60,121 nucleotides of DNA from an uncultured Candidatus Kuenenia sp. Lineage in GTDB: Bacteria > Planctomycetota > Planctomycetia > Pirellulales > UBA1268. The notes under the pieces were generated by a model. It saw only the letters and a list, made by a program, of their open reading frames with translations, was not told where the DNA came from and did no database searches. Of this stretch, positions 35,978 through 45,665 are shown piece after piece. The stretch spans positions 11,661 to 71,781 of the forward strand of contig CAZODJ010000001.1 of the NCBI GenBank assembly GCA_964578555.1, given 5' to 3'. The position numbers were made by a program, and so were the translations under genes. Each line of letters begins with the position of its first letter. Position 1 is the first letter of the stretch.

Positions 35978-36592
35978 ATGGGATTGGCCCGCTCGCTCAC
36001 GCTCGTCTGGCCCGGAATGCCCTGGCTGTGGCTGCGCGGCAGCGTCGGAGGCCTGGTGCTCGCGCTGGCCTTCGCCGTGCTCCTCGACATGGCGATCGTG
36101 ACGACGTGGATCTGGTCGGAATTGGTTGACCTCCGGATCTCGATCGGGATCTGGACGGCCACGATCGCGGTCTGGATCGTGTCGACGGCGTCGGCGGCCT
36201 CCTCGTTCCCAGCCCCGATTCCCAGGGATCCCGATGCCGCCACCGACACCCTCTTCGTGAAGGCCCGCGATGCCTATCTGGCTCGCGACTGGCTGACCGC
36301 AGAAACGAGGCTCAGGGCCGTTCTCGCCCTCGCGCCCACAGACGGCGAGGCCCAGCTACTCCTCGCCACGCTGCTCCGGCGGGTGGGCCGCACCGCCGAA
36401 GCAAAGCGGGCCCTCGAACAACTCTCCCGCAGTGATTCCGGGGCTCCCTGGCAAACAGCCATCGCCCGGGAGTTCGTCCTGCTCGATCAGGCGGGTCGCG
36501 ATGAGCAATCTGACACCGACCGCGATGAGGGCGACGTGCTCCCCATGCGAAGTGGCGACTCCGCAGAAGCGTCCGCCGAACGAGCCGCCTGA
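35978..36592 (+). CDS. membrane protein with C-terminal TPR-like region
   Basis: Starts at the inner ATG at 35978 (MGLARSLTLVWPGMPWLWL). It has 2-3 TM helices followed by DAYLARDWLTAETRLRAVLALAPTDGEAQLLLATLLRRVGRTAEAKRAL. Confidence 0.55.
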   Translation: MGLARSLTLVWPGMPWLWLRGSVGGLVLALAFAVLLDMAIVTTWIWSELVDLRISIGIWTATIAVWIVSTASAASSFPAPIPRDPDAATDTLFVKARDAYLARDWLTAETRLRAVLALAPTDGEAQLLLATLLRRVGRTAEAKRALEQLSRSDSGAPWQTAIAREFVLLDQAGRDEQSDTDRDEGDVLPMRSGDSAEASAERAA

Positions 36593-36776
36593 TCACACCC
36601 GACCGGGCCGTGCGGGAATCTCTCGAAAACGCGGTCGAAGCGAACGGAAAGAGACTTTTACCGGCAGCTTGCCTAGAATCTTTCCGTGCCTTTGGCGTAC
36701 GGTTTGCACTGACAGGACGATGGGATGGGAGGCCTGCCGGAATGGCATGCCCCCGCGCAACACCAGGGACTTTCTC

Positions 36777-39323
36777 ATGTACGAGCGTTTCACAGACCGG
36801 GCTCGCAAGGTGATGCAGCTGGCCAATCAGGAGGCCCAGCGGTTCAACCACGAGTACATCGGCACCGAGCACGTTCTCCTGGGCCTCATCAAGGAGGGCA
36901 GCGGTGTGGCTGCCAACGTGCTCAAAAACCTCGACATCGACCTGCGAAAGATTCGCATGGAGGTCGAGAAGCTCGTCCAGAGCGGCCCCGACATGGTCAC
37001 GATGGGGAAGCTTCCACAGACCCCACGGGCCAAGAAGGTCATCGAATACTCGATGGAGGAGGCCCGCAACCTCAACCATAATTATGTCGGCACCGAACAC
37101 ATCCTGCTTGGTCTGCTCCGCGAGCAGGAGGGCGTGGCCGCCCAGGTGCTGATGAACCTCGGCCTGAAGCTCGAGGATGTCCGCGAGGAAGTGCTCAACC
37201 TTCTCGGCCACGGCATGGAGGAAGGGGGCGAACGGGCCGGCATGGGCGGACGACAGACGGCTGGTGCCGGCGGCGGCGGCGGCAGCGAATCGTCACCCAA
37301 GGGAGGCAAGAGCAAGACGCCCGCCCTCGATAGCTTCGGCCGCGACCTCACCGAACTGGCCCGTCAGGGCAAGCTTGATCCCGTGATCGGCCGCGAAAAG
37401 GAAATCGAGCGGGCCATCCAAATCCTCTGCCGCCGCACGAAGAACAACCCCGTCCTTCTCGGCGAAGCGGGCGTCGGCAAGACCGCCATCGTGGAGGGTT
37501 TTGCCCAGCGGGTCATCGACGGCAACGTGCCGGAGTTGCTCGCCGACCGACGGATCGTGGTGCTCGATCTGGCGATGATGGTGGCGGGAACGAAGTACCG
37601 CGGCCAATTCGAGGAGCGGATCAAGGCCGTGATGAACGAGGTCCGCCGGGCCAAGAACACGATCCTCTTCATCGACGAGTTGCACACACTGGTGGGCGCC
37701 GGCGGCGCCGAGGGGGCGATCGATGCTTCCAACGTGCTCAAGCCGGCGCTTGCCCGTGGCGAGATCCAGTGCATCGGGGCCACGACGCTCGACGAATATC
37801 GCAAGTACATCGAGAAGGATTCGGCTCTCGACCGCCGCTTCCAGATCATCATGGTGGAGCCGGCCAGCAGGTCCGAGGCGGTAGAGATCCTCAAGGGCCT
37901 CCGTGACCGCTATGAGAGCCATCACCGCGTGACCATCTCCGACGCGGCCCTCGAGGCGGCCGTCGAACTCTCCAGCCGCTACATCACCGGCCGCTGCCTC
38001 CCCGACAAGGCGATCGACGTGATCGACGAGGCGGGCGCCCGCGTGCGGCTCAAGGCGATGACCAAGCCGCCAGACCTCAAGGAGATCGACGACGAGGTGG
38101 ATCGCCTCAACAAGGAGAAGGAGGAGGCGGTCGCCAATCAGGACTTCGAGAAGGCGGCGGCCCTCCGCGACCAGGCCGACAAGCTCAAGAAGAAGAAGCA
38201 GACCATGACCCGCGACTGGCGGGACAAGAGCCGCGAGGCCGACGGCGTCGTCGATGAAGAGGTGGTGGCCGAGGTCGTCTCGAAGATGACCGGCATCCCT
38301 CTCACCCGCATGAGCACCGAAGATCAGGCCCGCCTGATGGGCATGGAAGGCCAGTTGCACAAGAAGGTCATCGGGCAGGACACGGCCATCAAGAGCGTCT
38401 CGAAGGCGGTGCGCCGCAGCCGGTCAGGGCTCAAGGATCCGAAGCGGCCAATCGGGTCGTTCGTGTTCGCCGGGCCGACCGGTGTGGGCAAGACACTGCT
38501 GGCCAAGGCGCTGGCCGAGTTCATGTTTGGCGACGCCGACGCGCTCATCCAGATCGACATGAGCGAATACATGGAGAAGCACAATGTGAGCCGCCTGATC
38601 GGCGCTCCGCCGGGTTACGTCGGCTTCGAGGAAGGCGGGCAGCTCACGGAGAAAATCCGTCGCCGTCCCTACGCCGTGGTGTTGCTCGACGAGATCGAGA
38701 AGGCCCACCCCGACGTGTTCAACATGCTCTTGCAGGTGATGGAAGAGGGACGGCTCACCGACTCGTTCGGCAGAAACGTCGATTTCCGCAACACGATCCT
38801 GATCATGACGACCAATGCCGGCGCCGAGGCGATCAAGAATGAGTCGGCGTTCGGATTCCAGGCGCCCGACACCGACGCCAGTTATGACAGCATGAAGATG
38901 CGGGTCAACGAGCGGATCGAGAAGGTGTTCCGACCCGAGTTCCTGAATCGTCTCGACGATGTGATCGTGTTTCACCACCTCACCGTCGACAACCTCAAGC
39001 AGGTCATCGACATCGAGTTGGAGAAGGTTCGCGAGCGACTCGGCGAGCGGGGCCTCAAGCTCGAACTCACCGAAGAGGCGAAAAAGTTCCTCATCAAGAA
39101 GGGTTCCGACACCGACTTCGGCGCCCGTCCGCTCCGCCGGGCCCTCGAAAACTTCATCGAGGATCCGGTCAGCGAGGAACTGCTCAAGGGCGAGTTCGAG
39201 GGGAAGGACCTGATTCAGGTCGACTGCAAGGAAGTGGCCGGCAAGAAGCAACTGGTCTTCACCGGGATCGTCACCGCCGAGCCCGTCGCCACCGGCCCGG
39301 CCGAGGATTCCCCGGCCGGCTGA
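36777..39323 (+). CDS. clpC: ATP-dependent Clp protease ATP-binding subunit ClpC
   Basis: Starts at the inner ATG at 36777 ([37 protein letters not shown], Clp_N repeats). It has two AAA+ Walker A motifs ([23 protein letters not shown]) and a UVR-like coiled region. Confidence 0.9.
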   Translation: MYERFTDRARKVMQLANQEAQRFNHEYIGTEHVLLGLIKEGSGVAANVLKNLDIDLRKIRMEVEKLVQSGPDMVTMGKLPQTPRAKKVIEYSMEEARNLNHNYVGTEHILLGLLREQEGVAAQVLMNLGLKLEDVREEVLNLLGHGMEEGGERAGMGGRQTAGAGGGGGSESSPKGGKSKTPALDSFGRDLTELARQGKLDPVIGREKEIERAIQILCRRTKNNPVLLGEAGVGKTAIVEGFAQRVIDGNVPELLADRRIVVLDLAMMVAGTKYRGQFEERIKAVMNEVRRAKNTILFIDELHTLVGAGGAEGAIDASNVLKPALARGEIQCIGATTLDEYRKYIEKDSALDRRFQIIMVEPASRSEAVEILKGLRDRYESHHRVTISDAALEAAVELSSRYITGRCLPDKAIDVIDEAGARVRLKAMTKPPDLKEIDDEVDRLNKEKEEAVANQDFEKAAALRDQADKLKKKKQTMTRDWRDKSREADGVVDEEVVAEVVSKMTGIPLTRMSTEDQARLMGMEGQLHKKVIGQDTAIKSVSKAVRRSRSGLKDPKRPIGSFVFAGPTGVGKTLLAKALAEFMFGDADALIQIDMSEYMEKHNVSRLIGAPPGYVGFEEGGQLTEKIRRRPYAVVLLDEIEKAHPDVFNMLLQVMEEGRLTDSFGRNVDFRNTILIMTTNAGAEAIKNESAFGFQAPDTDASYDSMKMRVNERIEKVFRPEFLNRLDDVIVFHHLTVDNLKQVIDIELEKVRERLGERGLKLELTEEAKKFLIKKGSDTDFGARPLRRALENFIEDPVSEELLKGEFEGKDLIQVDCKEVAGKKQLVFTGIVTAEPVATGPAEDSPAG

Positions 39324-39451
39324 TCGCCAGAGTCGCGTACACTGCCCATCTCGCCACGTGCCGTTGAGATTGGCACGACCGGCTCAAGCCGCCTGACCGG
39401 CAGAGCCGATCCTCCCGGTAGGAGGACGGGCGCGGCTGCGCCGTCAGCACG

Positions 39452-40324
39452 ATGGCATCATCACCTACCCCGACGATCGCCCCTGCCCCGGGAGGCGTCA
39501 CCGGCTGGCTCACCGACCAGGTGGCCAACCTCGGCGCGTTCGCGATGAGCCGCGTGGTGGGCATCGGCGACGTGACGCTCTTCTCGCTCAAGACGATCGG
39601 CTGGATCTTCGCACGGCGGCAGCGACGGGAAGTGCTCCTGCCCAACTTCTATCAAATCGGCGTGATGTCGCTGCCGGTCGTGGCCCTCACCGGCCTGTTC
39701 ATCGGCATGGTACTGGCCGTGCAGAGCTACGCCCAGTTCAAGGCCCTCGGCCTGCAGACCCGGCTCGGCTCGGTCATCAACCTGTCGTTGGTGCGCGAAC
39801 TCGGCCCGGTGCTGGCGGCCACGATGCTCGCCGGCCGGGTGGGCAGCGCCATGGCCGCCGAACTCGGCACGATGCGGGTCACCGAGCAGATCGATGCGCT
39901 CGAGAGCATGGGAGCCAACCCGCTCTACTACCTGGTGGTGCCCCGCTTCCTCGGCTGCCTGGTGCTGATCCCCACGCTCACGATCATGGCCGACTTCATG
40001 GGTGTGCTGGGGGGCTACCTCTACTCGCACGGTATCCTCGGCATCGACTATCACCATTACTGGGCCAACTCGCGTGAGTATGTCGATGCCTTCGACTTTC
40101 TGACGGGCATCTTCAAGAGTTTCTTCTTTGGCGCCGCCATCGCCCTGGTGAGTTGCCATCACGGCTTCCACTGCGACCAGGGAGCAGAGGGCGTGGGACG
40201 GGCCGCCACCAACGCCTTCGTCCATTCGTTCATCATGATCCTCGTGCTCGACCTGTTCCTGGGGATCTGGCTCAATAACGTCCACGACTTCTTCCGGCCG
40301 GAAGGCCCCCGCAAACTCCTGTAG
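39452..40324 (+). CDS. mlaE: MlaE-family ABC transporter permease
   Basis: 290 aa. Conserved ELGPVLAATMLAGRVGSAMAAELGTMRVTEQIDALESMG. Confidence 0.85.
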   Translation: MASSPTPTIAPAPGGVTGWLTDQVANLGAFAMSRVVGIGDVTLFSLKTIGWIFARRQRREVLLPNFYQIGVMSLPVVALTGLFIGMVLAVQSYAQFKALGLQTRLGSVINLSLVRELGPVLAATMLAGRVGSAMAAELGTMRVTEQIDALESMGANPLYYLVVPRFLGCLVLIPTLTIMADFMGVLGGYLYSHGILGIDYHHYWANSREYVDAFDFLTGIFKSFFFGAAIALVSCHHGFHCDQGAEGVGRAATNAFVHSFIMILVLDLFLGIWLNNVHDFFRPEGPRKLL

Positions 40325-40334
40325 GAGCATCACC

Positions 40335-41225
40335 GTGCCCGCCACCGCCACCGCCCCGAGACCGCCCGCCGAGGCGCCCGCACCGGCGCTGCTGGAGATC
40401 ATGGGCCTTTCGGTCCAGTTCGGCCGGCAGGAGGTGCTCCGCGACATCAGCCTCTCGATCCCCGAGGGGCAGACGCTCGTGATCCTCGGCGAGAGCGGCT
40501 GCGGCAAGACGGTGCTTCTCAAGACGATGATCGGCCTCATCCGCCCGACCACCGGCGACGTCCACTTCGAGGGGCAGAGCCTTTCCCGGATGAGCGACCG
40601 GGCGTTGGCCCACCTCCGCACCCGCTATGGCTTCGTCTTTCAGGGCGCGGCCCTCTTCGATAGCTATACGATTGCCGACAACATCGCTTTCCCGCTCCGC
40701 GAACACACGCGAATCACGGCCGCTGAAATCAGCGGCATCGTGGCGGCACTCACCGACGAGGTCGGGCTTCCCCGGTCGGCCCTGCGAAAAAAGCCGATGG
40801 AACTCTCGGGCGGCATGCGGAAGCGAGCCGGCCTGGCCCGGGCGCTGGCCCTCGACCCGAGCCTCATCCTCTACGATGAGCCCACTACCGGACTCGACCC
40901 GATCATGAGCGATGTGATCAACGAGCTGATCATCAGGGTCCGCGAACGGCCGCGGGTGACGAGCGTCGTCGTCACCCACGACATGCACACCGCCCGCAAG
41001 GTGGCCGACCGCATCATCATGCTCTACCCTGCCTTCCGGCTGCGACCGGATGCCCCCCAGATCGTGTTCGATGGAACACCCGGGGAACTCGATCGGTCGC
41101 GGGATCCGCGCATCCGCCAATTCGTCGAGGGCCGCGCCGGGAGCCGGCTCACGGAGATGCAGGAGGAGCAGGGTCGGGCGGAGAGCGGCGCTGAGCACGG
41201 CGAGGAGACGGAGGAAACGGCATGA
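40335..41225 (+). CDS. mlaF: MlaF-like ABC transporter ATP-binding protein
   Basis: GTG start. Motifs: Walker A GESGCGKT, signature LSGGMRKRAGLARAL, Walker B ILYDEPTTGLD. Confidence 0.85.
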   Translation: MPATATAPRPPAEAPAPALLEIMGLSVQFGRQEVLRDISLSIPEGQTLVILGESGCGKTVLLKTMIGLIRPTTGDVHFEGQSLSRMSDRALAHLRTRYGFVFQGAALFDSYTIADNIAFPLREHTRITAAEISGIVAALTDEVGLPRSALRKKPMELSGGMRKRAGLARALALDPSLILYDEPTTGLDPIMSDVINELIIRVRERPRVTSVVVTHDMHTARKVADRIIMLYPAFRLRPDAPQIVFDGTPGELDRSRDPRIRQFVEGRAGSRLTEMQEEQGRAESGAEHGEETEETA

Positions 41226-42289
41226 ACGATCGCGTAATGCAGTTTCGAGTCGGTGTGATGGTGCTCGCGACGGCGATCATCGCTGGCATCCTGATCGTGC
41301 TCTTCGGCGATCTGCCTTCGCTGGTGCAGGCCACCTACCCGCTCAAGCTGAGTTTTGCCGACGCGCGTGGTGTCTCCGACGGCACCCCGGTGCGGAAAAA
41401 CGGGATCCTCGTGGGCCGGGTGTCGAAGGTGCAGCTCGATGAGCGGGGGGGCGTGAGCGTGGTCGCCGACATCGATTCCTACGTGCCGATCTACAAGGAC
41501 GAACAGCCGCGGATCGTCACCACGCTCCTGGGTGACGCCGAGATCCAACTCATTCCGGGTCGCATCGTGCCCCCGCGGCAGCGGGTCGCTCCTGAGGAAG
41601 TGCTCGTGGGGCAGGTGGCCCGCGACCCGTTCGAGATTTTCGCGACGCTCGAGCCCAAGTTCAGCGCCACACTCGACTCGCTGACCGAGGCGAGTGGGTC
41701 GGTTTCGAAGCTCTCCACCAACCTCGATCGCCTCTTCCTCGGCGGCGATGACTCATTTGAACGGATGGTCGGGAAGACCGAGGCGGCGCTCGATTCTTTC
41801 AGTCTCGCCATGAACAACATCAACGATGTCATGGGCGACCCCAATGCTCGCGAGAAGCTCAAGGCCACGATCACCGAAATGCCAGCAGTCCTTGCCGACC
41901 TCCGGTCATCTGTTCAGGGTATCGGCACCACGCTCGACTCGGCGGACCGCAACCTCCGCAACCTCGAGGGCCTCACGCGTCCGCTTGGTGAGCGGGGCGA
42001 GCATATGGTGGCCCAACTCGACACCACGATCGGCCGGCTCGACGAGGTGCTCTCGCAGGCCGTCGTGTTCACCAAGTCGCTCAATGATTCGCAGGGCACG
42101 CTCGGACGGCTGGTTCGAGATCCGCAGGTCTACGAGGAACTTGCCCAGGCCGCTGCCAACGTCAATCGGATCACGAAGGAACTCCGGCCGATCGTCAACG
42201 ATGTGCGGGTGTTCACCGACAAGATCGCCCGGCATCCCGAACAGCTAGGCGTGCGTGGAGCGCTCGATCGTCGCCCCGGGCTGAAGTGA
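41222..42289 (+). CDS. mlaD: MlaD/MCE-domain protein
   Basis: ATGA overlap with mlaF. It has an N-terminal TM segment (VGVMVLATAIIAGILIVLF), an MCE domain (GVSDGTPVRKNGILVGRV), and a long helical C-terminus. Confidence 0.8.
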   Translation: MNDRVMQFRVGVMVLATAIIAGILIVLFGDLPSLVQATYPLKLSFADARGVSDGTPVRKNGILVGRVSKVQLDERGGVSVVADIDSYVPIYKDEQPRIVTTLLGDAEIQLIPGRIVPPRQRVAPEEVLVGQVARDPFEIFATLEPKFSATLDSLTEASGSVSKLSTNLDRLFLGGDDSFERMVGKTEAALDSFSLAMNNINDVMGDPNAREKLKATITEMPAVLADLRSSVQGIGTTLDSADRNLRNLEGLTRPLGERGEHMVAQLDTTIGRLDEVLSQAVVFTKSLNDSQGTLGRLVRDPQVYEELAQAAANVNRITKELRPIVNDVRVFTDKIARHPEQLGVRGALDRRPGLK

Positions 42290-44977
42290 CTCATCCTGTC
42301 GAACGGCAGCGGCTTGCTCCTGTCCGTCCGTCGGGCTGAGAATCTCCCGCACGCTCGTCTCCCGCAGCGGAACGGCCTGCTGGCTGGCCAACCAGGCCAT
42401 CGTCTGCTCGATCGAATCAGCCTGAAGCAGGAGCACGTCACCGGCGACGAGCGATTCGATCGCCTTGGCAGTCGCCTCCAGCCATGTCCCGCCGGAGACA
42501 ACCTCCCGGGCTCGGCCGGAGGAAGACTCGGTCGCCCCCTGCGACAAGAGCCGGGTGATCTCACCCGGCTGTCGGCCGCGGACATAGGCATCTTCGTAGA
42601 GAAGCACTCGATCGAACGTCGCGCCGAGCAGCCGACCCTGGGCGAGCAAGTCCTCATCGCGCCGGTCGCCCGCGGCTGAATAGACGGCGATCCTGCGACC
42701 GCCGGGGAGGTTCTCGACCACCCGGCACATCTGCTCAAGGGCTCCGATGTTATGGCCGTAGTCGATCACCACCGTCGCTCCGTTCATCTCCAGCAGATTG
42801 AAGCGGCCTGGGGAACCGGCCGCGCCGCTGGCGAAACTCTCCAGACCGATCCGCACCAGTTCCAGCGGCACGCCAAGCCGCCAGGCCGCGGCCGCAGCCG
42901 CCAGCACGTTTTCCACCTGGAAGCTTGCCATGCCTCCGTGCACGAGCGGCACGCGGTCCAAGTGGGCGAGTCGCGTCTCGCGGGGACCATCGCACAGAAC
43001 GATCCAGCCCTCGCGGACCGTCGCGGCAAGGCCTCCCTGGGCGAGATGCTCCACGATGATCGGATCCTGCGGATCGAGGGCGAAGTAGACCACCTGCCCC
43101 TTGCACCACTTCTTCATGGAAACCACCAGCGGGTCGGCAGCATTGAGGACCGCGGTGCCCTTGCCCGGTCGCACGGCTGCGACGATCGCCCCCTTCACCC
43201 AGGCCAGCCGTTCGGGGGTGTCGATACCATCCATCCCGAGGTGGTCGCCGCTGCCGATGTTGGTCACGACAGCAACGTCACAGAAGTCGAAGCCGCAGCC
43301 CTCCCGGAGGATGCCGCCGCGGGCAGTCTCGAGCACGGCCGTGGTGACGGACGGATGGGCCAACACGCGACGGGCGCTCCGCGGGCCACTGCAGTCACCA
43401 GTGTCGATCGTGCGGTTGCCGACGAACACGCCCTCCGTGCAGGTCGTGCCCACGGTGGCCCCGCCGGTCGCCGCGAGGTGCGAGAGCAGCCGGACCACCG
43501 TCGTCTTGCCGTTGGTGCCGGTCACGGCAGCGACCGGAATGCGGCCCTCATCTCCCGGGGAAAACAGCGTGTCGACGATCGCCGCCCCGACGTCCCTTGG
43601 TGTGCCCGCTGTCGGCTCAAGGTGCATCCGCAGCCCGGGGCTGGCGTTGACCTCGATGATCGCGCCCTGCTGTTCCTCGAGGGCGACGGCGATGTCATCG
43701 GCCACGATATCGATGCCGGCGATGTCAAGCCCCACGATACGAGCGGCGTCGATGGCCCGGGCCGCAACGTCAGGATGCACGATGTCGGTGACATCCTCGG
43801 CGGTGCCCCCCGTACTCAGGTTGGCGTTGTTTCGCAGGAAGACTGTCCGCTCAGGCTCAGGCACACCCTGCGGATCGAGTCCCTGCTCGGCCAGCACCGC
43901 CAGCGCCACCGCATCGATCACGATGGGGCTCAACGAACAGGCATGGTCGCCGCACCGCCGCGGATCCTCGTTGACCCGGTCGACGAGTTGACGCACGGTA
44001 GAAACACCGTCGCCAACCACCATCGGCGGCCGCCGATGGGCCGCGGCAACGAGCTTCCCACCAACGATGAGGAGCCGGTAGTCAGCCCCAGGAACAAACC
44101 GCTCGACGACGATGGCCGATGATTCGGCACGGGCGATGTGCCAGGCCCGCTCGATCTCCTCACGGGTCTTGAGATTGACCGACACGCCCCGCCCCTGATT
44201 TCCGTCGCGCGGCTTCACGACGACGGCGGCACCGATTTCCTGGGCGGCCGCCCAAGCGTCGGCGGCGTCCGCGACCGGTCGGCCTTCCGCCACCGGTACG
44301 CCTACCTCTTCGAGGAGCGTGCGGGTGAGTTCCTTGTCCTGGGCTATCGCCTCGGCGACGGCCGACGTGCTGTCAGTCTCGGCGGCGATGATCCGGCGTT
44401 GCTTGGCCCCCTGGCCCAGCCTCACGAGCGAACCGTCAGTGAGCCGGCGAGCCGGAATACCGCGGGCCACGGCGGCATTCACGATCGACCGCGTGCTCGG
44501 GCCGAGCTGCACGTCAAGCAGCCTTGTCCTGAGGCGGGCCACTTCGGCCAGCGTGTCGAACGGTGTGTCGTCGATGGCGGCCTGAAGGAGCCGGTGGGCC
44601 GCATGGAGGCAGTCGATCGCGAAGGCCTCTTCCTTGTATTCAATCACCACCCAGTACACACCACGGGTCGCCGTCTCCCGGGCTCGCCCATAGCCGACGG
44701 GCGTCCCGGCCAGCGTCTGGAGTTCCAGGGTGACGTGCTCGAGCACATGCCCCATCCATGTCCCCGTGCGAAGCCGTTCAAAGAAGCCGCCCCGCTCGCC
44801 GATGGTGCAGCGATGCTCGATCATCGTCGGGAGCCATGCCATGAGGCGATCGTTGAAGCCCGGCAGGGTGTGCGACGGAAAATCCTCGAGCGGCCCCAGA
44901 TCGACGAGCGCCTCGAGGACCGGAAACGATGCCCATTGATTCGGACCGCGGAGAACCTTGAGCGAACAGATTTTCAT
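42245..44977 (-). CDS. cphA: cyanophycin synthetase
   Basis: 910 aa. The N-terminus is MKICSLKVLRGPNQWASFPVLEA. It has an ATP-grasp middle region and a Mur-ligase-like P-loop (AVTGTNGKTTV). Its 3' end overlaps mlaD by 45 nt. Confidence 0.9.
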   Translation of the reverse strand: MKICSLKVLRGPNQWASFPVLEALVDLGPLEDFPSHTLPGFNDRLMAWLPTMIEHRCTIGERGGFFERLRTGTWMGHVLEHVTLELQTLAGTPVGYGRARETATRGVYWVVIEYKEEAFAIDCLHAAHRLLQAAIDDTPFDTLAEVARLRTRLLDVQLGPSTRSIVNAAVARGIPARRLTDGSLVRLGQGAKQRRIIAAETDSTSAVAEAIAQDKELTRTLLEEVGVPVAEGRPVADAADAWAAAQEIGAAVVVKPRDGNQGRGVSVNLKTREEIERAWHIARAESSAIVVERFVPGADYRLLIVGGKLVAAAHRRPPMVVGDGVSTVRQLVDRVNEDPRRCGDHACSLSPIVIDAVALAVLAEQGLDPQGVPEPERTVFLRNNANLSTGGTAEDVTDIVHPDVAARAIDAARIVGLDIAGIDIVADDIAVALEEQQGAIIEVNASPGLRMHLEPTAGTPRDVGAAIVDTLFSPGDEGRIPVAAVTGTNGKTTVVRLLSHLAATGGATVGTTCTEGVFVGNRTIDTGDCSGPRSARRVLAHPSVTTAVLETARGGILREGCGFDFCDVAVVTNIGSGDHLGMDGIDTPERLAWVKGAIVAAVRPGKGTAVLNAADPLVVSMKKWCKGQVVYFALDPQDPIIVEHLAQGGLAATVREGWIVLCDGPRETRLAHLDRVPLVHGGMASFQVENVLAAAAAAWRLGVPLELVRIGLESFASGAAGSPGRFNLLEMNGATVVIDYGHNIGALEQMCRVVENLPGGRRIAVYSAAGDRRDEDLLAQGRLLGATFDRVLLYEDAYVRGRQPGEITRLLSQGATESSSGRAREVVSGGTWLEATAKAIESLVAGDVLLLQADSIEQTMAWLASQQAVPLRETSVREILSPTDGQEQAAAVRQDESLQPGATIERSTHA

Positions 44978-45665
44978 GGACGCTGGAGCGTGCTCTCATC
45001 ACCCTTCGCAGACGCGTGCTCGGGGCTGGGACAGGCGTGCCGCTTCGGCCACCGGACACTCCGGCGACACATCGGGGGAAGGACACGCGAATCGACATCG
45101 TGCGACTCGGGCGCGTCGCCCGGGAGGCACATGAACGAGAAAGAACTGACCGATCTCAGGCCGGCCAAGAGGGCCATGGGTGGGACGGATTTCTCGACGT
45201 GGAGAAGGACGTTCGGGCCGGAATTCCATGCTGGAAAAAGTGTACGTGCCAGGTGTGGCCAATGCGAAACTTTTTCGGAGCGATTCTCCTGCCATGAGGT
45301 GCATTCGCCGTGCCAGACGTTCGACAAGAATCGAAAGCGTGGCCGAATGCTGGAAACTGGCTGGTGGGCCCAAGCCCCGCCGCTACGCGTCATGGAAAGA
45401 TTGACAATCGTTCTTGCAAAACGACTGCCGGTTGTCAGGCAGGTCGTAAAAATTTCCCGGTGGCTCTCTGTGCATCGGCCCTGGAGCCGCGGGCCGCGAC
45501 GAAAACCATGACCTACGGTACTCTAGGGACGTTCGGAAAACCACGCATTTTCCTTCGAACAAGCCGTTTTAGGCCCGCCAACGCCCTTCCAACCGCTTCC
45601 CACGGTTTCTCTTGACCGCCCGCTCCAGCCCGCCGATTCCGCCGCCGACCCTGCCTTCGGAGTCG

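Noticed and set aside
36651-36679. Possible sigma70-like promoter (GAGACT-N17-TAGAAT) upstream of clpC, and TATAAC at 6164 upstream of nuoA
   Set aside because: The -35 matches are weak. Promoter consensus for this lineage is not something I can assume, so this is not reported as a feature.
36432-36776. Upstream extensions of track ORFs (for example clpC from 36432, 4168-4917, 4807-5244, 6516-6668, 6979-7302, 13644-13811, 17615-17761, 21155-21226, 53686-53847, 55852-56031)
   Set aside because: The family-typical N-termini begin at inner ATG codons. The upstream parts are Arg/Pro-rich, overlap neighbouring genes, or run antisense to them.
37268-37285. (GGC)5 microsatellite
   Set aside because: It lies in the ClpC inter-domain linker and encodes a Gly run. 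This is common in GC-rich genomes and not noteworthy on its own.
42752-44122. 456-aa plus-strand ORF (with 43101-43991 and 44138-45511)
   Set aside because: It is antisense to cyanophycin synthetase, whose identity is clear. The translations are Arg/Pro/Gly-rich and motif-free.
45131-45511. 126-aa ORF (MNEKELTDLRPAKR..CGQCE..) in the cphA/ABC spacer
   Set aside because: Third codon positions are not GC-biased as they are in neighbouring genes. There is no ribosome-binding-site-like sequence and no motif. It is treated as non-coding, but the spacer is flagged as a finding.
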